Assembly (NCBI RefSeq): GCF_018350175.1 | Contig: NC_058368.1 | Location: 84,012,001-84,076,000 of the forward strand | From: Felis catus | Lineage: Eukaryota | Direction: 5' to 3' | DNA length: 64,000 nucleotides | Shown: piece by piece, positions 27,466 to 41,280 of the stretch | How positions within the stretch are numbered: the first letter of the stretch is position 1 | How the letters are laid out: the number at the start of each line of letters is the position of its first letter | Program-made: the position numbers and the translations under genes | The notes under the pieces: generated by a model | The model's database searches: none | The model's input: only the letters and a program-made list of their open reading frames with translations | What the model was told of the DNA's origin: nothing

Positions 27466-28450
27466 ATACACCAGGGAAAAAGACAGTCTCTTCACCAAAT
27501 GGTGTTGGGAAAATGGAAAAGTTACATGAAAAAAATGAAACTGAGCCCCTTTTTACACCACACAGAATTAAGTGAAAATGCACTTGTGATAAGCACTGGG
27601 TGATGTATGGAATTGTTGAATCACTATAGTGTACACTTGAAACTAATACAATACTGAATATTAACTATACTGGAAATAAAATAAAATAAAATAAAATAAA
27701 ATAAAATAAAATAAAATAAAAAATATATTAGATAAAAACAAAACATAATGTGTTAGCATTTACCTTGAATTTACTAGATTCAATTTTTCTACCATCAGAG
27801 GGAATAATAAGGCCTAGAAAAAAAAGTGACCAGTTACAGAAAATAAAGTTATAATTCAGACATACAAAAAAAATCAAAATGAATTGAAGACCTAAATTTG
27901 GGACCAGAAACCATAAAATTCTTATAAGAAAACATAGGCAATAATCTCTTTGACATGAACCATAGAAACATTTTTCTAAATATGTCTCATCAGTCAAGGA
28001 CAACAAAAGCAAAATTAAACTATTGGGATAAAATAGTTAGAAAATACCAAATAAGATTAAAAGTTTTTGCACACAAAAAGAAGCCATCAACAAAAGCAAA
28101 AGAGAACACAATGAATGGGAGAAGATATTTGCAAATGATTGCAAATATATAACTTACTCATATGTAGATTTAAGAAACAAAAATAAACAACAAAATAAAG
28201 AGACAAACAAACAAACCAAAAAACAGCATCTTAAATATAGAGGAGAAAGTAGGGGTTACCAGAGGTGAAATGTATGGAGGATGGCTGAAATAGGTGAAAG
28301 GGATTAAGAATACACTTACAGTGATGAGCCTTGAGTAATGTGTAGAATTGTTGAATAATGATATTACACACCTGAGACTAATATAACAGTGTGTGAACTT
28401 AAAATTTTTTAAATAATTTAAATTTAACTTAAATAAATACATTTTTTAAA
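27345..28450 (+). mobile_element. Mosaic of old L1 ORF2/3'UTR fragments with (GAAA)n at ~27420-27466 and (AAAAT)n at ~27674-27724
   Basis: Recognisable ORF2 segments joined to 3' termini with internal deletions. Confidence 0.8.
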
Positions 28451-28770
28451 AGAAGACAGGTTCAAGAAGATGGCAGTGGAATAGGAGGACTCTAAGGTCA
28501 TCTCTTTCCATGAACACAAGATAACTACCAAGTCATTATAAATATCCCAGAAATCAACCTGAAGAATGATAGAACAAACCCCACAACTAAAGGTAAAGAA
28601 GCCACATCAAGAGCGTGAGAAATGCAGAGACATGATTTAGGGGAGAAAGGAATCACAGGTGGGAGGGAGCCAAGATTGCAGAGAAAGGCAAAAGAGAGGG
28701 GGGCACATAGGGGAATACACAAGGAAAAAGAAAAGGACTGATTTTAATGAGTTTTGTTTCCAGTGGGGTT

Positions 28771-29391
28771 TAACCTGGAGTGTTGTTTTGTTTTGTTTTG
28801 TTTTGTTTTAATGAATGTAATTGTCAAATTGACTTATATACAATACTCAGTGCTCATGCCAACAAGTGCCCTCCTCAATGCCCATCACCCATTTTCCCTC
28901 TCCTCGACCCCTCCCCCATCCACCCTTAGTTTCTTCTCTGTACTTAATAGTCTCTTGTGGTTTGCCTCCCTCCCTCTCTGTTTGTATCTATTTTTCCCCT
29001 TCCCTTCCCCCATTGTCTTCTGTTCAGTTTCTCAAGATCCACGTATGAGTGAAAACATATGATATCTGTTCTCTGAATGATTTATCTCACTCAGCATAAT
29101 ATCTTTCATTTCCATCCACATTGCTGAAAAGGGCATGAATTCATTCTTTCTCATTGCTAAGTAGTAGTCCATGGAATATATAAACCACATTCTCTTTATC
29201 CATTCATCAGTTGATGGATATTTAGGCTTTTTTCATAATTTGGCTATTGTTGAAAGTGTTGCTAAAAATCTTCTGTAGTGCAAAGGAAACAATCAACAAA
29301 ACTAAAAGGCAACTGACAGAATGGTAAAAGATATTTGCAAACGACATATCAGATAAAAGGATAATATCCAAAACATATAGCCTGGAGTTTT
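28771..29391 (-). mobile_element. 5'-inverted truncated L1 nested in an L1 5'UTR
   Basis: Antisense 3' end (~28785-29263) plus a sense ORF2 piece (~29264-29377). TSD taacctggagtgtt / tagcctggagtttt. Confidence 0.85.
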
Positions 29392-31350
29392 AAAGATCAA
29401 GGAGATTGGCTGAGATAGAGCCATGGGTTCACTGCCCCATTCCTGGAAAAAAGACAGGCAAACACTATGTGGGAACACAGAATGTAAACAGTGATCTGGA
29501 AAATGTCTGGAGTGCACAGTGGGGAGATTATTTGCTCTTCACAGAGCTGAACATTGAGAGGCAGTGTTCACAGACATTTCTTCAGGGACAAAGAAGCTGG
29601 CTGGCTCCATTTCCCTCCCCATCCCTCAGCATAAACACAGGCCCACCTTCATAAGTTCAGCGTTGACATAGGCTATCTATCTTGCTTACACCAAGACCCA
29701 CACCCCTGTGTTCTGATGCAACTGCCTTTCTATGTCAATTTTGCCTTAGTCCCAGTGCAGTGGGCCCCTCCCCTAGAACACCAGGAGAAATTCTTGCCCC
29801 CACCACATTTCCCCACCAGAGTATTCTGTAGGGTTTCGAGTCTGGTGATAGCAGTATCAGGTATAATTTAACAAGTAGACAAGAACATAAAACACACTGC
29901 ATTCTGACCAAGGACCAAACACTGCCCATTGTGGGCAAAGAGAGCTTCTGTAGATGACTGGCCCAAAGGAAAGAGCAGCCAAATACAACAGTATAGTGCA
30001 TGAAACATACACCAAAGATACTCCCTGAAATGTAAGGTCCTGGACAGTATATAACCTCTTCTTCATAAAACCCTCACTCTCAGGAACAAGAAATATAACA
30101 GGCTTTGTTAACATAGAGAAGAAGGCAGACACTTAGGCAAAATGCTAGGACATAAGAATTTATCCCAAATGAAAGAACAAGATAAAGTCTGGGCCAAAGA
30201 TCTAAATGAAACAAATATAAGTAGGATGCCTGATACAGAATTTAAAGCACAATCATAAGGATACTAGATGGGCTGAAAAAAAAAAAAGGAAGACATCATG
30301 GAGAACTTTACCTGAGAGATCAAACAGTTAAAAAAGAAGCAGTCAGGAATGGGCAATGCAAAAACTGAGATTGGAAGCAGACCTAATGCAATGAGCAGCA
30401 GGATTGAAGAAGCAGAGGGATGAATAAGTAATGTACAAGACACAATATGGAAAATAATGAAGCTGAACAAAAAAGAGAAAGAAGAATAATGAAACATGTG
30501 ACCAGACTGAGGGAACTCAGTGATTCCATCTAACATAATAACACTTTTATAGGAGTCCAGAAGAAGAAGAAAAAAGGGGGACAGAAAATTTACTTAAGGA
30601 AATATAACTGAAAACCTCCCTAATGTGGGAAAGGAAGCAGACATACAGATCCAAGGTACACAGAGAACTGCCATTAACATCAACAAAAGAAGGCAAACAC
30701 CAAGACATATTGTAATTGAATTTGCAAAATATAGTGGTACAGAATTCTTAAAAACAGCAACACAAAAGAAGTCCTTAACTTACGAGGGGAGACCCATAAG
30801 GCTACCTGAAGAGTTCTCAACAGAAACTTTGCAAGCCAGAAGGAAGTGACATGATATATTCAACTTGGAGAAATCTCCACACAAAATGTTCTATCCAGCA
30901 AGACCATCATTCAGAATAGAAGGAAAAATAAAACTTTCCCAGAAAAACAAAAACTAAAGGAGTGTATGACCAATAAATGAGCCCTATAAGAAATATTAAA
31001 GTAGACTCTTTGAATGGAAACGAAAGACCAAAAGTGACAAAAACGACAAAAGAACAGAGAAAATCTCCAGAAACAATGACAAAATAAGTAATATAATATA
31101 AAAAAAAACAATGTTTATCCATAATTATTCCAAACATGAATGGAATGAACACTCCAATCTAAGACATAGGATAAAGACAAAATGGATAAAACAACAAAAC
31201 CCACCTATATACAGCCTAAAAAAACCCTCATTTTAGATGTAAAATCACCTGCAGATTTAAGGGGAAGGGATGGAGAAACATGGGATTCAAAAGAAATCCA
31301 AAGTAGCAATACTTAGAGCTTAAAAAGTAGATATTAAACCAAAGACTGTA

Positions 31351-31560
31351 GGGGTTCATGGATGCCTCAGTCAGTTAAGCGTCTGACTTCAGTACAAGTT
31401 ATGATGTCATGGTTCATGAGTTTGAACCCCACATTGGGCTCTGCACTATCAGTGTGGAGTCTGCTTGGGATTCTCTCTCTCCCTCTCTCTCTGACCCTCC
31501 CCAACTCGTGCTGTCTCTCATTCTAAATACATACATACATACATACATACATACACAAAC
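31351..31560 (+). mobile_element. CanSINE with (TACA)n tail
   Basis: SINE body. TSD aaaccaaagactgta / aaaccaaactgta. Confidence 0.9.
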
Positions 31561-32928
31561 AAACCAAACTGTAAAAAGAGATGAAGGGCACTTATCATAA
31601 TAAAGGGAACTATCAAAGAAGATCTACATATTTATGCCCCCCACCATGAAAACACCCAAATACATAAAATTATTAACAGCAAAGATTAAGAAAAAATCAT
31701 TCCTAATAATACAATAATTGTAGGGGACTTTAACACCCTAGTTACATCAATGGAAAGATCATCTAACAGGAAATCAACCAAGAAACAATGGCTTTGAGAA
31801 TCATTCACCATGATCAAGTGGGATTTAGTTTTGTGCTGAAAGGGCGGTTAAATGTTCATAAAACAATCAACTCAATACCCCACATTAATAAAAGAAAGGA
31901 TAAGAACCATACGATCCTTTCAACAGATGCAGAAAAAGCATATGGCAAAGCACAGCATCCATTCATAATAAAAACCCTCAACATAGTAGGGATACAGGGA
32001 ACATACTTCAACATAATAAAGGCCATATATGAAAAACCCACAGCTACTATCATCCTCAATGGGGAACAACTGAATGCTTTTTGTTTATGATCAGGAATAA
32101 CACAGAGATGTCCACCTTCACCACTGTTATTTAACAGATCTCGAAGTTCTAACCACAGCAATCCCACAACAAAATGAAATAAACGGCATCCAAATCAGAA
32201 AGGAAGAAGTCAAACTTTCATTATTTGTAGATAACATGATACTCTATATAGAAAATCTGAAAGACTCTACCAAAAATTTATGAGAACGGATACATGAATT
32301 CAGTACAGTCACATGATATAATCATCAACATATAGAAATCTGTTGCATTTCTATACACCAATAATGTATACTTAAAAAAAGCAGAAAGAGAAATCAAGGA
32401 ATGAATCCCATTTACAACTGCACAAAAAAACAATAAGATGCCTAAGAACAAACCTGACCAAATAGGCACAAGATTTGTTCTCTGAAAACTATAGGATACT
32501 TATGAAAAAAATTGAAGAGAAAACAAATAAATGGAAAGACATTCCATGCTCATAGATTGGTGGAACAAATATTACTAAAATGCCTCTATTACCAAAAGCA
32601 ACCTCCACAGTTAATGCATTCCGCATCAAAATGCCAACATTTTTCACAGAGCTACAACAAGCAATCCTAAAATCTGTATGGAACCACAAAAGACCACAAA
32701 TAAACAAAGCAATCTTCAAAAAGAAAGTCAAAGCTGGAAGAATCACAATTGCGGAGTTGAAGTTATATTATAAAGCTATAATGATTAAGACAGTATGTAC
32801 TGGCACAAAAATACACACGTATATCAGTGGAACAGAATGGAAATACCAGAATTGAAACCATAACTATATGGGCAATTAGTCTTCAACAAAGCAGGAAATA
32901 ATATCCAATAGAAAAAGACAATGTCTTT

Positions 32929-33151
32929 GGGGCGCCTGGGTGGCTCAGTCATTTAAGCATCTGACTTCTGCTCAAGTCATGATCTCACGGTCCGTGAGTT
33001 CGAGCCCCACATCAGGCTCTGTGCTGACTGCTCAGAGCCTAGAGCCTGTTTCAGATTCTGTGTCTCCCTCTCTTCTGACCCTCCCCCGTTTATGCTCTGT
33101 CTCTCTCTGTCTCAAAAATAAATAAACGTTAAAAAAAATTAAAAAAAAAAA
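32929..33151 (+). mobile_element. Young SINEC_Fc-like SINE
   Basis: CpGs retained; aataaacgttaaaaaaaatt tail. TSD agaaaaagacaatgtcttt / agaaaaagacagtgccttt. Confidence 0.95.
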
Positions 33152-33734
33152 AGAAAAAGACAGTGCCTTTAACAAATGGTGTTGGGAAAACTGCAACATG
33201 CAACACAATGAAGCTGCAAACAATGCAAAACAATGAAAGCTGGACCACATTCTTACACCACACACAAATATAAATTCAAATGGATTAAAAACCCAAATGT
33301 ATAACAGGAAACCATCTAAATCCTCAAGAAGAACACAGGCAGTGACGACATTAGCTGTAGCAACTTCTTTCTAGATACGTTTCCTGAAGCAAAGGAAACA
33401 AAAGCATAAATGAACTATCACAACTTCATCAAGATAAAAAAATCTTCTGCACAGTGAAGAAAACAATCAACCAAACTAAAGGGTACCCTATGGAATGGGA
33501 GAAGATATTTACAAATGGCATATTTGATAATGGGCTAGTATTCAAAATATATAAAGAACTTATAAAACTCAAATTCCAAAAAACAAATAATACCATTAAA
33601 AAAGTTCATGAATAGGCATATTTCCAAAGAACATACAGATGGCTTCCAGACACATGAAAAGATGCTCAACATCATTCATCATCAGGGATAAAAATATCAA
33701 AACTACAATGAGACATTACCTCACACTTGTGAGA

Positions 33735-34118
33735 TTGTGGTTTATATACACAATGGAATACTACGTGCCAATGAGAAAGAATGAAATATGGCCTTTTGTA
33801 GCAACGTGGATGGAACTGGAGAGTGTGATGCTACGTGAAATAAGTCATACAGAGAAAGACAGATATCATATGTTTTCACTCTTATGAGGATCCTGAGAAA
33901 CTTAACAGAAGACCATGGGGGAGGGGAAGGAAAAAAAGGTTAGAGAGGGAGGGAGCCCATACATAAGAGACTCTTAAAAACTGAGAACAAACTGAGGTTT
34001 GATGGGGAGTGGTAGGGGGGAGGGTGGGTGATGGATATTGAAGAGGGCACCTGTTGGAATGAGCACTGGGTGTTGTATGGAAACCAATTTGACAATAAGT
34101 TTCATATTTAAAAAAAAC
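33735..34118 (+). mobile_element. Young L1_Fc-like 3' fragment
   Basis: Closely matches 7489-7875 and 58946-59335. Confidence 0.9.
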
Positions 34119-36435
34119 AAACAATTATAAGAGAATAATATGAAAAAACTATATTCCAACATATTGAACAACCTGGAAGAAATGGATAAATGCTTAGCAA
34201 CATATAAACTACCAAAGTTTAAAGAGAAAGACAAAGAAAACTTGAACACAACTGTACACAGTCAAGAAATTGAACCAGTAATTTGAAATCTAACAAACAA
34301 AAGTCCACGGCCAGATGGCTTCACATGTAAACTCTTCCAAACTCTTCTTAAAGAAGAGTTAATATCCACTTTTCTCAAACTATATCAAAAAGTAGAAAAT
34401 ACAGGAACACTTCCAAACCCATCCCATAAGGCCTGCATTACCATAATACCAAAACCAGATGAAGACAACATTTAAAAGGCAACTATAGTCCCATATCCCT
34501 AATGCACATGGATGCAAAAATTCTCAAGAAAAAAAACGTAGCAAACTTAATCCAACAGTACATTAAAAGAATCACTCACCTCAATCAGCTGGGATTTGTT
34601 CCTTGGCTGCAAGGATGGTTAAGTATTCACAAATCAACCAGTGTGATACATATTAAAAGGAAGGATAAGAACCTTATAATCATTTCAATAATAGCAGAAA
34701 AAGCATTTGGCAAAGTACAACATCCATTCTTGATAAAAACCCTCAACAGTGTAGGGGAACAAACATAAACATCATAAAGACCATATATGAAAAATCCACC
34801 TCTAATATCATTCTCAATGGGGAAAAAACTGTGTGCTTTTCTTGTGAGGTCAGGGACAAGACAGGGATGTCCTCTGTCATCACCACTATTTAGCATAGTA
34901 CTGGTAGTCCTAGCCTCAGCAATCAGGCAATAAAAAGAAATAAAGGCATCTGAATTGGCAAGGAAGAAGTCAAACTTTCACTGTTTGCAGATAATATGAT
35001 ACTCTACATATAAAACCCAAAATCACAGGATATCAAAATCCATATACAGAAATTGGTTACATTTCCATACACCAATAATGAAAGTGCATAAAGAGAAATC
35101 AAGGTATCATCCCATTTACAATTGCATCAAAAACAGAGACCTTGAAATAAATGTAACCAAAAGGTAAAAGATTTGTATTCTGAAAACTATAGAACACTTA
35201 AGGAAGAAATTGAAGATGACAAAAGAAATAGAAAAACATTCCATGCTCAATATTGGAAGAACCAATATTGTTAAATTGTCTATACTACCCAAAGCAATCT
35301 ATACATTCAATACAATCCCTATCAAAATACCACCAACATTTTTCACAGAGCTAGTAAGAGCAATCTTAAAATTTCTATGGAACCACAAAAGACCATAAAT
35401 AGCCAAACCAACCTGAAAAATAAATGCAAATCTGGACATCACAATTCTGAACTTCAAGTTATATTACAAAACCGTAGTGTTGAAGACTGTGGTAGTGGCA
35501 CAAAAATGGACACTTAGATGAAGGCAACAGAATAGAAGACCCAGAAATGGAGCCACCACTATACAGTCCACTAATCTTCAACAAAGCAGAAAAGAATATC
35601 TATTGGGAAAAAGTCTTCAAAAAATGGTTTTGGAAAAACTGGACAACGACATGCAAAAGAATGAAACTGGACCACTTTTTTACTTACACCCTACACAAAA
35701 ATAAATTCAAAAGAAATAAAGACAAAAATGTGAGACAGGGAACCATAAAAATTCTACAGGAGAACACAGACAGTAACCTCTTTGACATTGGTTGTGGAAG
35801 CTTCTTTCTAGATGTCTCCTTAGGCAAGGGAAACAAAAGCAAAATAAACTACTGGGACTTTCTCAAAATAAAAAGCCTATTTACAGCAAGGGAAACAATC
35901 AACAAAAATAAAAGGAAACATACACAACCGGAAAAAATACTTCAAATGTCATATCTGATAAAGGGTTAGTATACAAAAAATACAAAGAACTTAGAAAACT
36001 CAACACCCAAGAGATGAATAATCCAGTTGAAAAATGGGGAGAAGACGTGAGTAGAGACTCTTCCAAAGAAGACAAAGAGATGACTTACATACACAAGAAT
36101 AAATGCTCACCATCACTCATAGGGAAATATAAATCAAAACTACAATGAGATACCACCTCACACCAGTCTGAATGGATAAAATTAACAACACTAGAAACGA
36201 GGTGTTGGTGAGGATGTGAAGAAAGGGGAACACTCCTGAACTGTTTTTGGAATACAAACTGGTGCAGCCACCCTCAAAAACAGTATGGATTTTCCTCGAA
36301 AAGTTAAAAATAGGACTACCCACTGATCCAGAAGTTTCACTACTAGATATTACCCAAAGGGTACAAAAATACTTATTCAAAGGGATACATGCAATCCAAT
36401 GTTTATATAAGCATTATCAAACAATTGCCCAAGTG
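34119..36435 (+). mobile_element. Old L1 ORF2 fragment
   Basis: Degenerate RT to C-terminal ORF2 peptides. Confidence 0.88.
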
Positions 36436-36784
36436 CCTGTATTTTTATTTTATTTCACACGATGAATATAAAAAGTATATTTTCTCAAACTCTATACAAA
36501 ACAAAGGTTCTATTCAAATATTGAAGTGGCATAAATTTATAGAAAATTTTTGAAAATATCTTGTTCTTGTTACCTATAGATAACTAGAGGATAACATCCT
36601 TTAATGTACCTTATTCTCTCCCTCTCTCTCTGTCTCTCTCTCTCACACACACACACATGTAACTGATACAGAATCACATACATTCCAGGCCTCCAAATTC
36701 CCAGAAAATCATGAAAGCAATCTAGTTACTTTCCACCAATAAATCTTCTACAAGTATATATTTACATACAAATGTACACACATA

Positions 36785-37047
36785 AAACAAGCTTTTTGTA
36801 AATAATACTACAATAAATACAGGGATAAATTAGTGGTTTTGTTTTCTTTGGTTAAATAGTAGTGGAATTACTGGATCATAGGTATTTATATTTTTAATTT
36901 TTTCAGGAACCTTCATACTGTTTTCCACAGTGACCACGCCAATTTGCATTCCAACCAATAGCGCACAACTGTTCCTTTTTACCAACAACTTTGCCAACAC
37001 TTGTTATTTCTTGTGGTTTTGATTTCTATAAATGAATAAAGAAGATG

Positions 37048-37084
<37 letters not shown>

Positions 37085-37408
37085 AAATCTTAGAATTTGT
37101 AGTATCGATGCACTTAGAAGGTATGATGCTAAGTGAAATAAGTCAGCCAGAGAAAGACATATATACCACATGATTTCACTCAGGTGTGGAATTTCAGAAA
37201 CAAACAAACAAACAAAAAACAAATAAAGAAAAAAAGACAAACAAAAAACAGACTTAAAAACAGAAAACAAAATGGTGGTTGCCAGAAGGGAGTTGAAGAG
37301 GGGATGGGGATACAATTATCTTAACAAGCACAGAGCAAGGTATAGAATTGTTGAATCATTATATTGCAGATCTTAAACTAATGTAACACTGTTAAGTATA
37401 CTTGAAAA

Positions 37409-37443
<35 letters not shown>

Positions 37444-37459
37444 GAAATAAGCTTTGAGT
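36785..37459 (+). mobile_element. Old 5'-inverted truncated L1 with internal (TG)n and (TAAA)n tail
   Basis: Antisense piece ~36796-37028 and sense 3' end ~37029-37444. Degenerate TSD aaacaagcttt / aaataagcttt. Confidence 0.75.
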
Positions 37460-38847
37460 TGCTGTTTATTTTATTTAAAAGGGACACATTATATACATTT
37501 CTCCATAATTCTTGTTTCTCAAAAATTTTGCAGTTCCTTCTGAGTATCTGGCGTAGTTTTCATTCGTTCTTTATAGTGGTTTTGTACATCCCTATTATAA
37601 ATACACCACAATTTATCCAGCCCTTATTACCCTGGTTGTTGCCATTCTGAAAAGAAACAATTTAAATAAACAAACAAACAAAAAGAACAGGCACTACATT
37701 ATTATGCAATAACATTTTTATTGAAAAGTTATAAGCAGAATTCCTGAAAAGCAAGGCAAGCATTTCATTTAAGTAGAGAAAGCCATAACATTGCACATTT
37801 CTTCCAGCAATACACAGAGTGCCATTTTCCATATATTCTATGCACCAATAGATTTTTGAGTGATTTTTGGTTTTGATGGGTAATCAGATAATAAATAATA
37901 TATACTGTAGTTTATCTTTTCTGTGGGGCCACAACTGATTGTTGTTAACAGTGGATACAGTGTTATATCAGTTGTAAAGTGTTATTGTGATTTATGTGGG
38001 CTAACATCCCTGAACCATTTTCTTTGCCACAAATAACTAAAGAAAATCTTTCTCAATTAAGAGGATCTTGACTAGGTTCCTAGCATTGGAGTCACAATTT
38101 CAACAAGGCTTTATTCTCTTTTGTCATGAGAAAAATGAGATTGTCCAAGATGGAATTATCACAAAGTCACAGAAACAAGCCTCTCCTGATGCACCTCACA
38201 GCGCTTGATCTCAGGAACAGCTGGTCAGCTTTCCCACCTGTGTTGTTTTTTTTTTTTTTTTTTTTTTTTTTGAGAGTGGTGAAAGCATTTTTCTCTTTGG
38301 TTTCATGCAGCAACCTGTGTTTGTGTGTGTTTCCACATGCAGTCACAAATCTTCTCCTAAGAACACCAACACAATACCTCTCTAATACTTATATAACCAG
38401 CTGTTAAATTTTACTCATTTCTGTTGGTCACATAAACCTTACTCATGGCTCTCTATTTTCCTCAATTTGTTCTCTTCTATGGTGAACCTTATGACTGTTT
38501 TACATTGGCTGTTAACCTCCCCCAACCCAAGTTCCTGTCAGTTTAATCTCTACACATCCATAATGACTTATTGGTATCTTTATATAGATGAATTATAGTT
38601 TTATAAGGACACAAATTACCCCATGAGAATGAAGACTTACCTCTGAACATGATCTGAGCCAAGAAAGTCTGTTGAATATTTGCCGTGGCTTGTCAATTTC
38701 TTTGACAAGAAACACTTTATGTACCAGTAACATTTGACTTTCCTAAAAGGTTGTTTTTTCCCACAATGAAAATTAACAATATCCAGATTTCCAATGATAA
38801 TTAACAAAGTTGAGCCCCAAAGGACAGTGAGAAATGTTTACAGAAGG

Positions 38848-39186
38848 TGTTTTTGTCCCTTTAGGCTGCTATAAGAGATTATCATGGACTAGGTGACATA
38901 ACACAAATTCACTTTTCATAGTTCTGGAGAATGGAAAATCCAATATCAAAGTACTGGAAGATTCAGTGTCTGATGAAGGCCCATTTCCTAATTTACAGTT
39001 GGCCATCTTACTGTGTACACACATAACAGAAGAGAAAACGGAGCTCTCTGGGGTCTCTTTTATAAGGGTATGAAATTCATCTATGACCATGGGAACAGAG
39101 ACCCATCTCCTAATACCATCATATTAGAAGTTAGGATTTCAAGATATAAATTTGAGAGAGACACAAACATTCAGCCCACATCAGCA
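38848..39186 (-). mobile_element. MaLR solo LTR (MLT1A-like)
   Basis: ggctgctataa...agttctggag...ggggtctcttttataaggg...ctcctaataccatca...acacaaacattcag. Confidence 0.8.
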
Positions 39187-39969
39187 GGTGTAGGAAGAGA
39201 AAACTGAAAATTTTTTTTAAGTTATCAGCTGATTTCAAGAATAATGACAGTTGAGTTTAGCCACTTGGAAACAACTCATTAGAAACTAACTAACGTCCTT
39301 AAGCTTTTTGATTGAGTTAATATTAAAGATCGAATCTAACCACATGGTGCTTCAAGAGGGATAGAATAAAGTTTTTCATGCCAGAAAAAGTGACTGTGGA
39401 GAATTCTGGGGTCTTTGCCTCTTGGCCCTCTACATAATTTTCCACATAATTTTCCGTATGTTCTGTTTAGAGACTGAATATTTCCCAGGACTATCTAAAG
39501 AGCCTCAACCACATTCTTGTTTCTCAGACTATAGATGAGGGAGTTTGGCATGGGAGTGAGAACACTGCAAAATACAGACACAGCCTGCTCCTGTTCCAGG
39601 GTGTGGGAAGAATCAGGTGTCATATACATATAAACATATGGTCCTAGAAAACAACTTACCACCATAAGATGGGAGGAATAGGTGGCCAAGTCTTTGTTCC
39701 TGACTTGGGGAGATTTCATATGAAGGGCATATACCCTCTAAATGAGGGTATAGGAAGCCATGATAAATCCAAAGGGGATAATCATAAATGCAATTCCCAT
39801 CACAAAGGCCACTAGCTCATAGGTGGAAGTGTCTTTGCATGAGAACTTCATGATTCCTGGTATCTCACAGTAGAAATGGTGTATTTCTCTGGAGCCACAG
39901 ATTGGCAGACTCATGGTATAAGATGTGTAAGTTATAGAAGCTAAAATGTCCCCAATCCAAGACACTGTA

Positions 39970-41280
39970 TGTGAGGAATAAGCTTAGAAATTCCCTGGCT
40001 TACACCAATGGGTTAACAAGGCATAAAAAGTACAAAGTCATAGGATGCTCACACCCACGTTTGGGGTAAACAAGATTAGGTAAATAAGTATAGAGAAGGT
40101 GGGGTGTAATGCCCCCAATTTCGAATCCGAGAGACCACCAAGGAGCTGATACCGATGCAAACACACGAGGGTTTATTTGCAAGCTCGAGCTTGGACCCAA
40201 GTATACCCGACACAGTGGAGCAGGGACTTGGACCCCTAGGTTAAAAGTCATAGCAGTTTTATAGGGGCCAGTGGCCAATGAGATTGTAACACACACAGAA
40301 AGTTGCATAGTCATGTCAGTCCACACGCAGGTGGCCAATTGAATTACAATTTACCCTATAGTAGCTGTTTGAACTAGCCTATCACTCTGGTCAGAATTGG
40401 CACACAAGTTTGGCGGGCAAAAGGCGGCGTTTAAGAATTGGCACACAAGTTTGGCGGGCAAAAGGTGGGGTTTACATTCTTTGGCGGTTAGGGGTTCCGC
40501 ATTCCTATACAAGCCGGTTTCCAGTAAGGGTGTGCTCAGCAGCTTGACTAGAGGGGGGAGTGTCTTAAGCAATAAGTAGGTCATGTGGGGGTTATACATG
40601 AGATGGTGGGTGTAGCACAAAATGGAGTTAGTCTTGCTCTGCTTGTCCAGGGGTAAGGGATTTTTGTTAAATTCCTTGGGTCCCACAGGGGGCAGAGGCT
40701 CCCGTAGAGAACATATGTATATGAAATAAACAAGATTAGGTATTCAGGGTGGAAGTGCTCCCCAACTTAGTACTATAGCAGAAAGCTGTTTTCATAGGAA
40801 GGAAGGACCAAATTAGGTAAACAGGTGAATAGGACTATAGACCACTGTGCTGTGGGTGAAGCTGCCCAGAGCAGAGCTGCTTAGCAAAGAAAAGGTGCCT
40901 TATTAACCCTGAGGTTATTTTCTCTGTCTCATCCCCTAGGCTAGCTAAGATAAACAGAGTTGGTGCCTCATGTCTGTTGTAAACAACTTTCCGCCCAACT
41001 GTCCAGCACCAGGATTTTGTTTTGTATTAACCCAAACCCCTAACCCTGAATATCTTCAAGAACCCCTTTGCCTCATGTCCATGAGTTAATGTTAACAGAT
41101 TTATTGCCTCTTTGTGCATGTCCATCACCATGTTTGTAATCTTTCTGATACTAACAAATTGGACAAGGACCCTTATTCTGGGCTCTTGTCTTTTCCCAGA
41201 CATTAGCCATCTCTCATTTTTACTTCTGCATCCACTCTCTTGCTGGCCAAAAGAGAACATGAGATTTAGAGTCTATAACA
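39970..41280 (+). mobile_element. Outer solo LTR (~724 bp without the nested LTR); orientation tentative
   Basis: TG...CA termini. 6-bp TSD actgta (39964-39969 and 41281-41286). Removing it restores the OR frame MVTVSWIG. Confidence 0.88.
40105..40687 (-). mobile_element. Inner solo LTR, gammaretrovirus-like (583 bp)
   Basis: TG...CA termini and 4-bp TSD gggg. On the minus strand: TATAAAA (~40262-40256), AATAAA (~40177-40172) and a U3 tandem repeat. Confidence 0.88.

Larger units (their letters stand above)
28458..33734 (+). mobile_element. Older L1 (5'UTR, ORF1 from ~30143, ORF2) with nested insertions and an internal EN-to-RT deletion at ~31796
   Basis: aagatggc 5' end and degenerate ORF1/ORF2 peptides. 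The sequence jumps from aacaatggctttg to agaatcattcacc. Confidence 0.88.

Noticed and set aside
31780..31810. Internal L1 deletions (also ~27580, ~28150, ~52675) as further splicing products
   Set aside because: No GT donor is apparent at the corresponding positions in intact copies; ordinary deletions are more likely.
40000..41260. ORFs of 60-112 aa within the LTRs
   Set aside because: No retroviral or other recognisable motifs; chance frames.
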